Shown: positions 27,309-39,134 of the stretch, piece after piece | How positions within the stretch are numbered: the stretch's first letter is position 1 | How the letters are laid out: each line of letters opens with the position of its first letter | From: Octopus bimaculoides | Lineage: Eukaryota | DNA: 64,000 nt | Direction: 5' to 3' | Assembly: GCF_001194135.2 (NCBI RefSeq) | Contig: NC_068994.1 | Location: 36,433,767 to 36,497,766 of the forward strand | Made by a program: the position numbers and the translations under genes | Notes under the pieces: generated by a model | Database searches by the model: none | What the model saw: only the letters and a program-made list of their open reading frames with translations | What the model was told of the DNA's origin: nothing

Positions 27309-28399
27309 CAATAAATTGGTGCATTGAACAAAAATACTTCTTGGTATTTATTCTGCTCAAGTTGCATAATCACTCCCTTGATATCACTCTTACCATCATA
27401 AATAATGCTACCATCCTCCAAATGTTTGCTGTACGATAAAAATAAAGATATAGTATGTTTTTCCCTATCTGAGAATCATGTTATGCATGGTATTATGCAG
27501 TTGTTACTTGTATGGAATGCAATGTAATAGTAGAGATATGTTGCATTCTCTGCACTATTCCCTCAATTTTCTTAGTATTTTTGTTGTAGTTGAACCCCAA
27601 GACTCTCTTGATTGAGTTGGCCTATGATAAATGGCATTCCAACCATGACCATTCAATTTTATTTTCATGCATAGTATATCTGGAATTGTATTGACCATTA
27701 AGTTCTGTCTTGTTTAAGATGGTTGAAGGAGATTTAGCTGTCATTTCTGATATTTCAAGCAGCCACTTAGAGGTCTTTCTCACGGTAGTCCCAAACAGAA
27801 GTATCATGTTGGTGGTATACCATGGGTATTAACCAAAGTATATATATTTCTGAAAAGACTAAGTTGGTATAAGTTATATTGAGTGTAGGGTAGAAATAAG
27901 TAATTTATAGAGTGTAGGTAGAGAACTAATTAATATCTTTGTTAAAACAGTTAAAAAGTTTGATAGGTCTAAAAGAAAATTACCCTTTCTAAAAATGCTT
28001 GTTAGTCATTTATTCCTTGTATTCAATACAGTGAATATGCAGATCTGTCATTTTGTATCTTAAACATTTCACATGCAATACATCTCTCTATTACATTATC
28101 ATGTATGAACTGGACACTATAGAACATTGCAGACTCTTTTGTACTGCAGAGTATAAGGTAAAATCACTAGCACTAGTGCCACAACAATGCACTCAATACA
28201 CTCTGTAAAGTGGTTGTGAACGAATGGACACAATGTAGGTTTGAGAGGATTTTTAGTTTTGTCTCTTTTGAGGATATGACAACCCTTCTAGCGCTGGTGC
28301 TACAATTAAATAGACCCAGTACACTCTGTAAAAGCAGCTGATGATAGAAAAAGCATTCAATGAGAACCTGCAGAATGAGGAGCTCTGTCTGGTTTAAAA

Positions 28400-28565
28400 G
28401 TACTCAAGAAACATATATGTAATGTAGTGGTGTTGCAAAATTTGACTTGTGCATATTAATTTCCATTATGTTCTTTATATTGTATCAAAATTTCATGCAT
28501 TTATTTGTAAAGCTGAGGAAGTTATTAAAAATTGAAAAACCATCAGTGACTTTTGGGACACCCTG
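28400..28565. mobile_element. Terminus of a Tc1/mariner-type element
   Basis: Ends in gtgacttttgggacaccctg|ta, i.e. TIR CAGGGTGTCCCAAAAGTCAC next to a TA dinucleotide. Confidence 0.6.
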
Positions 28566-28689
28566 TACATCTGCTATAACACTTAATATGAAAAAGCTCA
28601 TGAGTATGTGGACCAATGATCAGACTGGACATAATATAACAATAAATATGATAATCATTTAAGTCAAAGCTAAAAGTTTGCATGAAGAT

Positions 28690-30280
28690 TTGCTGAAAGA
28701 AGATGCAACTTATGTGAAATATTTTCTGGCCCCTTAAAAGCTGGTTTGAAAACCTTAAGAATTGCTTTAATCTCTGCAACATTGAAAATGACTGATGAAG
28801 CTATTAGTGTCAGTTCAGAGAGTGCAACTTAATGTACTGAAGGGAGTGAAAAAAAGAAAAAAAGTTTGCTGAAGGAGGCTGCACATCAGAACAGTGTTGA
28901 TGAAACCCAGCACTCTGGAAGCATATGCCTGATGGGACTTTTATTTCTGATGAAGAAAAATTAAAATTAGTCTTTAATGCTTCCAAAAATTGTCTGAGGG
29001 TTCTTGTGAATAAAAGTGATGTCGGTGATATGAAGTTAAAGATCCTATTTGTGTTTCACTCTGAAAATCTAAATTCTAGCTTTGACTTATATGACCATGA
29101 TGTTTATTGGTACATTATTTTCAAGGTTTATGATTTGGCATTCAAATAAGAAGGCTTAGATGATTAGGAATTTTTCCAGTACTGATTTACAAACATCTTT
29201 AGCTTGCAACAGAGGAACAGTGCCAGGCATTATACTTTCAACAAAGTCCTGCTCTTTCTGAACAATGCTTCAAGCCATTTAGTGAATTTAAGTGACCTTT
29301 TTGATAATATGAGAGTAGAATAATTGCCCAAGAACACAACTTGTGTGATAGGCCTATTATCTAAGAAGAACTCATAAAAATATTGGATGGTAAGTATAAA
29401 GTAACTGTTTTAGACATGAAGAAAATTTTGCATTAAGGACACTGTGGATTAGCCAAGTCATAGGATGAAGTGAAACCCTTAGTTATGAATACTGTTTGAA
29501 AAAAATCAACACATAGCCAGATTGTATCTATGAATATTATGTGCTTTCAACTCACAAGTCCAGTAAGAAACTGTGTTATTGGCAAATGATGTAGATTTTG
29601 AAGAAGTCATAGATGATGTAGTTCAGTTTCTACAGTCTGTTACAGAAGCTTTATAAAATGAGAACTGATGCTTTTAGATCAAGTGCAACCTTAAGACAAA
29701 AAGAGGAAATGGAAATTTCATTCACTCCACTTCAGTTGACTGCAAAGTATACACCTAAAAATGTTGGCACTTGATAGGAAGATCTTCAAGTCTTTGCTGA
29801 TAATGATTCTGATCATGAACATAAATAAAAATTGCAAAAGGAATTCATAATGAGCTCAGTTCCTATACTGAGCTGTACAAAGAGATGATGCATCATAAAT
29901 GTCAAACAGTTTTGGATAAGTTCATCCCTGGAGCAGATGCCGATAATGATATATAGGGCAGGAGATAGTGCCCGCTTCCTCTCAGTAACTCCTATCACAC
30001 TACTTCCCACCACACAGAAGCCAAAACCTTTTGCTGTGAGTATGTTCACTACTATGATATTTCAGTATTCTTATTCCCCAATGAATTTCTCTTCAAATGC
30101 TTTTGTTTCCCTACTATACTGTGTGTTTAAATCTGTTATTTTCATCAATTAAAGTGTTTTTCTCCCCAGCCCCTAAAAACATACCATCAGAACATATCTT
30201 AATTTATAGCATGGAAGTCAATGGCAAAATACATTTCATATCAGGGAATTCTGTTATTACAGCTTCTACAATATGGTGGA
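28690..30280 (+). mobile_element. Degenerate Tigger/pogo (TIGD1-like) DNA transposon
   Basis: MPDGTFISDEEK...FNASKNCLRVLVN.SDVGDMKLKILFVFHSEN, then WHSNKKA*M, KVLLFLNNASSH, LPKNTTCVI and HNELSSYTELYKE. These are collinear with the pogo DDE domain and C-terminus, with many stops and frameshifts. Confidence 0.8.
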
Positions 30281-30529
30281 TGCCTGTATTTCTAACCACA
30301 CTCTTATGTAGAAAGCTACTTACTTCTCTTCAGTGACATTTTACACAAAAGTGGTGACATATCTGTGTGGCTATGAAATTTGGTCCACAACTAGATGGTT
30401 TTTTTTTTTTTGGTCCCACTGTAAAGCACTAGGTTTCATCTACGGTTGCTGTGAGTTAACCAGTACTTTGTGAATGTAATTTTGTGGAAATTTGGTTGAC
30501 AGAAACTGTAAACAAGCTTCTTCTTCTTG

Positions 30530-30565
<36 letters not shown>

Positions 30566-33500
30566 ATGCGTGCGCGTGTATGTATAATAATCTTAGGGAA
30601 ATAAATCTGTATCAGGATAATAAATATGGGTGTTGAATTTCCATGACATTTTACTACCTGCTACTGCTGCTATAAATTCCCTTTTAAAGTACTTTATATA
30701 ATGCCTATAGACATTAGTGGAATGCTTGGTAAATTAAAACCTAATTTAAACTGAGGTTGTTTGTCTTTATGCAGCATAGAGCACCACCCAAAATAACCAG
30801 TAACTTTCATTTGGAACTGCTAATGAATTCTATTTCACCAGTTAATTTCAAGATTATTTGTGAGTGTACTATCTACAATGATTCCATAACTGCTTTTCAT
30901 TCTAGTGAATTTTTAGCATAACTTGCTGTTTGAAATCAGTGGACAATAGAATCTGTTGATAAATATGTAAGATCTGACATATACAGAGACAAATATATTT
31001 GGCAATTCATTTATAATTGGAATCTCTTCTGCTCATATAAAACTAAAGTAAAGGAAAACCAAAACTCCAATGTTGGCTTCAGCCATAAATCAAACTCATG
31101 CATTGGAAATATTTATGAAGATCCTGAGGTCTATGACTCTGTTCTTCAAGTGGAAAGTTGTACAATAGGCTTTGCTGAAGCAGATAGAAAAAATTTGAAT
31201 TTGAAAAGATATCAAAGCTCAACCATGGTTTTTTGTACAACTGTACCTTAGCAGGACATCAAAGGTGTTATTTCTCTAGAAAATTTCTGCAGTTTCATCA
31301 CAGCAAATATCTAACCTGTGATACTATTTGTTTCAAGTATAAGAAAAAGGAACACTTTCCAAATAGTTGTAGGTCTTTAAATAAACCCATGATTGCTTCT
31401 GTTCTGTCTGAAACACTTGCCTACATCAAAAGATTATATCATTGGCTTAACTATTCATGGAATTTCTCTAAAAGGACTCTTAACAAAGGCTGTTTTGAAA
31501 TTTTCATCTCTGAATTATATGTGTATTAACTTTGCTAGCAAATGAATACAAGAATTTCATTTAATTTCATCCTGCTAATCAAGAAATATTGTGAATTAGA
31601 ACTAAAAGGAGAAATCTGCCTATAGGATACATATATATATATATATATATAGATTCAGGTGAATATGGTACTTAAGTTTAGGCACCAGAATTAAGTATGG
31701 TATTATTCATACAGTTTCAAAATAAGATTGTAATTCTGTAAGTTTACATCATCTGATGCTGAAATTATTCTATCAGATGTGAATAGAATGCATAGAGAAG
31801 ACATTGTCAAGCCAAGTGACTCTGAGTGACCACAAATACATTTTATTAATGATATCAGCTAAAAAGGTGGTGAGCTGGCAGAATTGTTAGCATGCCAGGC
31901 AAAATGCTTTGTAACACCTTTCCCCAAAATTTCAGGCCTTGTGCCTGTCATAGAAAGTATTAATTATAACAGCAAAAGAAAGCTAGCAGTTGATTAATCT
32001 AATGCTTTTTATAAATTCATCTACTTACCTGTCCAAATTAGATGACCATATTAACAAAATAACTTATTACTAGATATATGATATTATTGACATCTGTGGT
32101 GTATACCACTATATTGCATTGAATTCTGATGCTCAAGTATTTATTGCTTTCAAGGCAGACAGTCAGTTCTTTCCATTATTTTTTCCTCCTTAACCATCTT
32201 AGTTTCAACCTTAAAAAATGGTGTTGCAGTCTTACAGATGGCATTGCATGTTTCCAATAAATGATAAACAATCTTATTTCTGACACAAGTTAGAAGACAT
32301 GTGTAACTAAGTTAAATGACATCACCATATGTTGTAAGATCAAAGAGGAACACATCAAAAAATCTAAATTCTTAAGATGTTTGTATATTTAATACGAAGC
32401 TGAAAATAAATTTTCAAGTTAATCTGTCTGTATTCTAGATTATCAAATTGATTAGAATGAATTGCATCTTGATCTCTTAATGTTTTACTCTATTTTAAAA
32501 AAATGCTTATGCCTACTAATAAACAATTTTTATCTTGTATTATACATCTGTTCACTTATTTTCCATAAGTCCCTTGCTTCACCGAAAGATAAGACCTTAA
32601 TCAATATTCAGTTTCTCAAAGGAGACTGTATGACCCTCTATGACTTAAAGGCTGCTGTTATAGAGTCTGTCAAGATTAAAGCTGATGAACATGTCATTTA
32701 CCATTAAAATGGATATTTCTGAGACTACTATCAGAGATACTCTTAATGAAAATAATATGCCTGTATAATGCATTTCTAAGATAGTAAATTCTGCTGAGAA
32801 AAATCATTGCACATTTGAAAAAAAACAAGCAAGCAAAAATAAGTGGCACAAGTCTTTCTGTTATGCAAATGATTAACCCCAGTGATTGATCAGATGTCAT
32901 TGTTTATAAGACATGAAACACAAAATTAAAATTAAAATAAGAAGATATACTTGAAATTAGAACTCCTACCATTCTATTACAAAATTTTACATCCTCATGT
33001 ATTTCTTAATACTGCAGCAGATGTACTATCATGAGACTTTTGAAATATTGCTCTGCAGGGTAACGTCTTAGAACTACAAATTTTTCTGCTGTCCTGGTTG
33101 GTGTTACACTGTTGTTGCATTTTGGGTATGAAAGTTAAAGCTACAATACTATCATCTGGACCAATATCAGTTCATGTGATCCATGCATCCCTTTGACAAC
33201 TGAAGTGTCGACTTTAGGTGTTTGTTATCTTAACTTTCAAGTTATTTCTGACATAAGCTAAGAGAGATATATAACTAGGTAACTGACATCACCCTCAGGT
33301 AGTGAGATAAAAGTAACATAACAAAAAAATTATCTAAATTCTCAAGTTGCAGATTATTAGCAATAAATCATCCCATTTTTTTTTTTTTTTTTTGCTTCCC
33401 TGTCATGAAATTTATTTATCAACTGTCATTTCTTGCTTGATCATGTGTATTTTTTAAATTTCTAATTTTGACTTATCTAGACATGTTCACTTACATAAAA

Positions 33501-36424
33501 AAACTTCTAAACTGAAATCTTTCTTACTTGATAAGTGTGTCTCATTTTGTCACTTAACACCATTCTACCCTACAAGAAATGGGCAACATTTGTATTATAC
33601 TGGTAACATTTAGAAAATCATGACATTAGTTCTCCAGTCTAAAAATATCTCTGTACCATATGTGTATGGGTTTTATTGAATGCCTTACATTCATTGTGAT
33701 CCTTATGTTCATCATCAAATTCAACATTTCATGAATGCCTTTTGATTTCCCCAGAAATATGGCATACCAATCTAACATTTGTCATCAAGAAAGATTCTGT
33801 ACAGGAAATCGAATTGAAATAAGAACTAAAGTTCAAGAGGTTGAACTCATTATCGTCATCATCATCTTTACTTTATGTTTGCTTTTCTGGAATCAAAGCT
33901 TGCATTTGTTTCCCTTAGATTGAGAAGGAATTGTAGCAATTGGATATTTAAACCCACCAGGAGACACCTTAGATTAGGCTGAAATTAGGAACAGGTGTAT
34001 TCCTACTGAAAGTATCAATACTCATGTAACTCACCTTTACTCTTGTTAAAACACCTACACAGCAATCTGTCGAATACTACAATCTAATGAACCAGCTATG
34101 AGTTTTGTGTTCTATTATTCTACTTGACAAATATAACAACACTGAAAAATGTTATATCCAAAATATGTTGCATTGAAATATTGAACTATTGCTTTAGTAA
34201 TATTATAAGCATGTTTTTCAGGGATGGGGTGAAATAATATAATAATTTTATTAAAAAACGCTACATGATAATAACAATAGAAATGGTTATCGAAACTCTA
34301 TGAGATTCTGCAATTACTTCGAGATCCTGCCGTTAAATTAAATGCTGTCAAGCAAGAAATGGTAGTTGATGGATAAATGTCACAAGTTAAAAAAGCAGAA
34401 AACAAGAAGATTCATTGACAAAAGTCAACATTTATTATTGATACTGTTATACCTAGAGATCTGTAAGTAAATGTCATGGAAGTATTTGTAAATTGAAACC
34501 TAATGTAAATTGACATTGTTTTAGGTTATTCACACTTCAGTGTGTATATATATGTATGTCTGCATTTTATCTTGTTTATATTGTGTCTCTTTATATCCCA
34601 TAACATAGAAGTTAGGTAAGTACTGATGATAAATATATATGGAATATATATGTTTGATTAAACCTTTGAAGGTGTTGCTCTTGCATTGTTACAGTCAATG
34701 ACTGAAACAAGTAAAAGTATGCATCGACCATATGCAATGTAAGAGATAACTTCATCAGACATGGAGTAATTTTATGGATAGAAATCATACAAACATCCCA
34801 CAAGGAGAACATGACAACCTTATCTCATTCAGCAGCATTAGATGCTATTATGGAAACATAACAGCATGTGACATCGCTGCTTATGAACAATATGCAACTA
34901 AAACCTTCGAATTTTTTTCAAATGCTAAATTCCAGAAGCTTTGATCTTTCATGATGGAAACACGTAACATTTGCATTACCAAATCCAAAATGTTTTTTCA
35001 GAGTCAGAAAATAATGTTTTCTAAACAACTGTGTACTTTCTTTCTTCATAACATAACCGTAATTCTCATGAGAGTAATCTTCACATATCTGTGAAGATTA
35101 AATGATTCAGGTCTTAGATAAGTGATTCATGTCCAAGCCACTGCACTGTGTGTATCCAAAATCCTTAACCAGCAGTTCACTAAGATGATGATAAATACCA
35201 AAAGAGGGAGGGAGTCATTATCCTAAACTATATGAAGCATTATAAAAGTTACAAGTGTGTTTTTTTTTCATACTACAATGTCAGAGAGGCAAATGCAGTA
35301 CCCATGACCATACTTCATCTAAGAAGGAAGTGCAGTACCCATGACCATTTTCTATTTTTTCAGAACCTTTGAGAAAGGTGAGAGAAAAGGAGAAAGTTTC
35401 TGGCCCAAATTCTTGAAACAAAGAGAATGCCACTGAAGGCAACCAAGAACTAGACAGTGGTGTTAAAGAAGCAATTGATTAAGCTTACGATCCAAGGCTT
35501 CAAATGCCAAATATTTGGAATGAATAGCAGTGAGGTGCTACATATGGAGACATGAAGGCAGACTGACTAAGAGTTGAATATATATAATATTGGCAGCAAA
35601 TTTTGGCACAAGGCCAGCAATTTAAGGGGAAGTGGGTACATTGATTATATCAATCCTAGTGTTCAACTGATACTTATTTTATCAATTCTGAAAGGATGAA
35701 AGGCAATGTCAATCTTGACGGAATTTGAACTCAGAAATATAATGATTGACGATATGCCACTGAGCATTTTGTCCACTGTGCTAACGATTCTGCCAGTTTG
35801 CCGCCTTGAATTTATGTAATATTGAGGGATGAAAGATAATGGAACAAAGAAAGCTTAAGGTAGTGACAGATAAAAAGAAATATAAACATGTGTGAAATGG
35901 AGCAGAAAATTGTATGTGACTGTATAAGAGAGAAGAAAGTTGTGTAAAGAAAACAAGAGGGAAAATGCATCTTTGTGTGTGTGTGAACATGTGCTGGTTT
36001 GTGAGAGAAGTCAGAAGAGGTAATGGGTGGGGGTCGAAAAATGCTTTGCTTTAGTGAATGTTATAGTGCATACTGTTGTAGCTCCTTGATGAAGTCTAAT
36101 CGAGCATACACTTCTATAATTAAATATATTCTGGCTGTGACCATCCTTTCATTTTAAGGATCTCTAGAACTTTCGTTAGCTAATATATGGTGCTCTCCAC
36201 TTTTCTTGGATAAGATGTCATTTTGAAGGAAGATTTGATAGCTATTTGTAGATTTAAACCAAGTCGGGTGACCGTCGAGATGCTCCACCCTTCTAACTCG
36301 TGTGAATGCTTGTAGGATGGATTAATAGTGCAAAAGGAAGGTGGGGAGAGAGATACGGGAGAAAGAGGGATAGGGGAAAAGGAAATATGAATATAAAACG
36401 TAACAGTTTTAAAGTTGTACTTAC

Positions 36425-36621
36425 CTGGAGTGATTTGATTGTTTTTGGTCACTTTATATTATTTATCGGTCATTTAAGTATTTACGACGGATATTTAATA
36501 AATATCTCCCATTTAATTATCGCAGAGGAAAAAATTATCATTGTTCAGCGTTAAAGGGGCATAACTGCAACGTCACTTCGCAAAAATCTTTGCATTTCAG
36601 ATCATATTCTTTTCAATTGAT
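36425..36621 (-). other. Candidate non-coding (5' UTR) exon of the Pcdh gene, 197 bp
   Basis: Strong acceptor cttttgtttctctttcttttattgcag| (AG 36623-36622) and consensus donor CCAG|GTAAGT (intron starts at 36424). It is on the Pcdh strand, in unique CpG-retaining sequence, with no long ORF. Confidence 0.55.
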
Positions 36622-37765
36622 CTGCAATAAAAGAAAGAGAAACAAAAGTTACTAAAGATATAATTCCAATGACCGATTTCAGTTATCCAGAGCTGGAAAT
36701 TATTTACAGTGAAAGGATTTACGGCATCTACCATTCCAAAGAAATTTTGATTTATTCAACATAGAATGAAGATCGGACTTTAAAATAGTATGTATTAAAA
36801 AGTTAGGCAAATAATGCAGTAGATGTGTCTATGTTCATTTTTCAAACGTAAAATTAAAATTGTGGCTTTCACTTTGGCTCGTAATAAAAGCTTTCAGTTC
36901 TCGAAACTTTTGTTTTTGTTTGCTAAATGTCATTCTATAACTCTATTGTTGTGATGAAAATTACTTCTGTGTGTATTTATGCATGTATATATTTGTGTGC
37001 GTGTACATGTATGTACGTATTTATATGCGTATGACAAACAAAAAAATTATATCTAATTCTTATTAAATTTGGAAAAATCCGAAAAAAAAAAAGAATATAA
37101 ATTGCGAATTTTCCACTTGAAAAAAATATGTATTTAAAATAAGTAATAGATAAATTTTAATAGTGTGTGCGTGGGGAAAATAATGTGTGAAATATAACAA
37201 AATTACTTGGTTTTCTTTATTCAAAGTATTTTGTACCAACCCAAAGCGAAAGTCTCCGAATGTGGAACTTTTTAGCTTTCGGTCAGTTGGAACCATTTTT
37301 CATAAACTGTCCTTGAAAATTCATCGCCCTGTTAGGTTTGAAGGTTTGGTATAACCTTAGATAAAAGTTTACCAGTTTTCTTTCTTTCTTTTCATTTTTT
37401 TTTAACGTTAAAGATCGACGGTTATAACAATTATAAGAAATACAGTTTGCTGCTAAATCTGTTTAGCTCTATTCGGTCATGCTTACGGCTGAAATCGTTC
37501 TCCCTTCGCATCTTTCCTTATAGCACGTTGCCAGCACTTTCTTTTAAAACATAAACGAGTACATCATCCATTGTACCCTATCTACTGTCCACTTTTTTTT
37601 TAAAGAGGGTATCATTTTGGGGTTGTTTAGCTATTATTTCTTGCGAATCGAACAACTGTGTAATCTCGCCTTTTAGTTCAAGTACAATTCTTTCAAGAGA
37701 AAGTACAAAACACGCACAACACAGAAAATGATTGAATATCGATATTGTTTTTTTTATACATTGTA

Positions 37766-37877
37766 ACTTTCACTTTTCATCTAAGTGGGAGTTTCATTGT
37801 CTCATCTCAAACAAAATTGAAAGCAGTTTCACTTTGGCCGCCCTCTAGTGCGTGGTTGTGTGATATAAGTGAAAGTG
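37766..37877. promoter_or_regulatory. Three IRF-E/PRDM1-type AAGTGAAA boxes
   Basis: GAAAAGTGAAAGT on minus (37766-37778), AAAGTGAAACT on minus (37825-37835) and AAGTGAAAGTG on plus (37867-37877). Confidence 0.4.
37836..37855 (-). promoter_or_regulatory. CTCF-like motif
   Basis: Minus strand reads CCACGCACTAGAGGGCGGCC. GCACTAGAGGGCGG matches the CTCF core CCRSYAGRKGGCRS at 13 of 14 positions. Confidence 0.5.
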
Positions 37878-38775
37878 TTTATGCGCGCTTGTAAAGTGCG
37901 TTTGTGCTTACAAGCTGAGAAATGCATTGTTTTGTTAATAGAATCTCGGCTCGTTGCATTAACGACACTATTTCGATTTCTTTTTATTGCCATTCCGCTA
38001 TTTTTCCAGCTAGTTCCAGTGAAAATGAATAATCACATTTTCTCGTCGCTAAAATTTGGCGATCTTTCGTTACGATTACTTTTTCTGTCAAAGGACCTCG
38101 TGCATTTGTTTACATCAATTCGGCAGTTTCCGTAAAAAAAATACTAGTATCGAAGGATGGCCCAATATAATTTCTTTCTTTACCTTACTTCTGATCGAGC
38201 AGACTCATGTTTGAAGGCCTTCTGTTTAAAGGATGATAATATTATCCAGCGTGACTTACCTTCTATTTTCTAAAGTGTAAAGTGAGTTCAGGGAGTTTTG
38301 GCTGCTATTTTTAACAGATCGAACCACTGAGTAGTCTCATGTGTTTAGTCAGTTACAAAGTTTTTAGAACTTTCTCTCTTTTCAATAAAAGAAAAGAGAG
38401 AAAGAGAGAGAAAGGCGTGTGATTTAAAGGAGATTTAGCTGTTGTTTGTAGCATATCCCACGACCGGTAAGGTTTAGAGTTGATAGAAAATTTTTTAATA
38501 GCATAAATGAGTTTATGCTATTAATGGGGAGAAAATATCGAAAAACAAATTCTTGTCGGAGTGAGAAAGAAATGAGGAAGGTGATCATAGGATATGCTAG
38601 AAAGAAAAGCCAAATCTTCCATTAGTCACACACCTTACGTCTAAAGATGTATTTTTTTTTTTTTACCGTAAAGGATTCTCCAATAGTTTTTAAGTGCCTA
38701 GTCCTCACCACAAAAATCATTGTACGTAGTGCCCACAAAGTTGATTAAAGCTGGTCGGTTTAAAGATAAAAAAAT

Positions 38776-39134
38776 TCTTTTACTTGTTTCAGTCATTTGA
38801 CTGTGGCAATGCTGGAGCACTGCCTTTAGTCGAACAAATCAACCCCAAGCCTAGTACTTATTCTATCAGTTCCTTTTGCTGAACCGCTAAGTTACAGGGA
38901 CGCAAACGCACCAACATCAGTTGTCAAGCAATGGTGATGGGGACAAATACAGACACACACACACAAATATATACATGTATAGAGATATATATATATTTAT
39001 GTTGGGCTTCTTTAAGTTTCCGTCTACCAAATCCATTCACAAGGCTTGGTCGGCCTGAGGCTATAGTAGAAGACTGAACCTGGAACCATGTGGTTGGGAC
39101 ACAAGCTTCTTACCACACAACCATGCCTGCACCT
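38776..39134 (-). mobile_element. Family A SINE, near full length, small deletion in CORE segment
   Basis: Tail, microsatellite and head as in 48732-49146, but agaagac|tgaacc lacks the acttgcccaagg...ggg segment. Confidence 0.85.

Larger units (their letters stand above)
37400..38150. promoter_or_regulatory. CpG-retaining, repeat-free promoter-like patch (candidate Pcdh TSS/first-exon region)
   Basis: Many CpG dinucleotides (ccgcc, gcgcgc, ctcggctcg, ctcgtcgc, ttcgttacg) against a CpG-poor window. A candidate minus-strand donor CC|GTAAGC lies at 37476-37471. Confidence 0.5.

Noticed and set aside
31040-31250. Stop-free plus frame ENQNSNVGF...NIYEDPEVYDSVLQ
   Set aside because: No start codon, no convincing splice sites and no recognisable homology; about 70 open codons can occur by chance.
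32560-32860. Possible mariner HTH remnant (MDISETTIRDTLNE...)
   Set aside because: Too degenerate, with no WVPHEL-like or DDE motif; it needs an HMM search.
35294-35348. 18-bp direct repeat with a 19-bp spacer (CRISPR-like look)
   Set aside because: Only two units in eukaryotic DNA with no cas genes; a simple local duplication.
38250-38262. Perfect minus-strand donor AAG|GTAAGT near the promoter-like patch
   Set aside because: It lies within a family C repeat copy, so it is not independent evidence of an exon; it could matter only if exonised.
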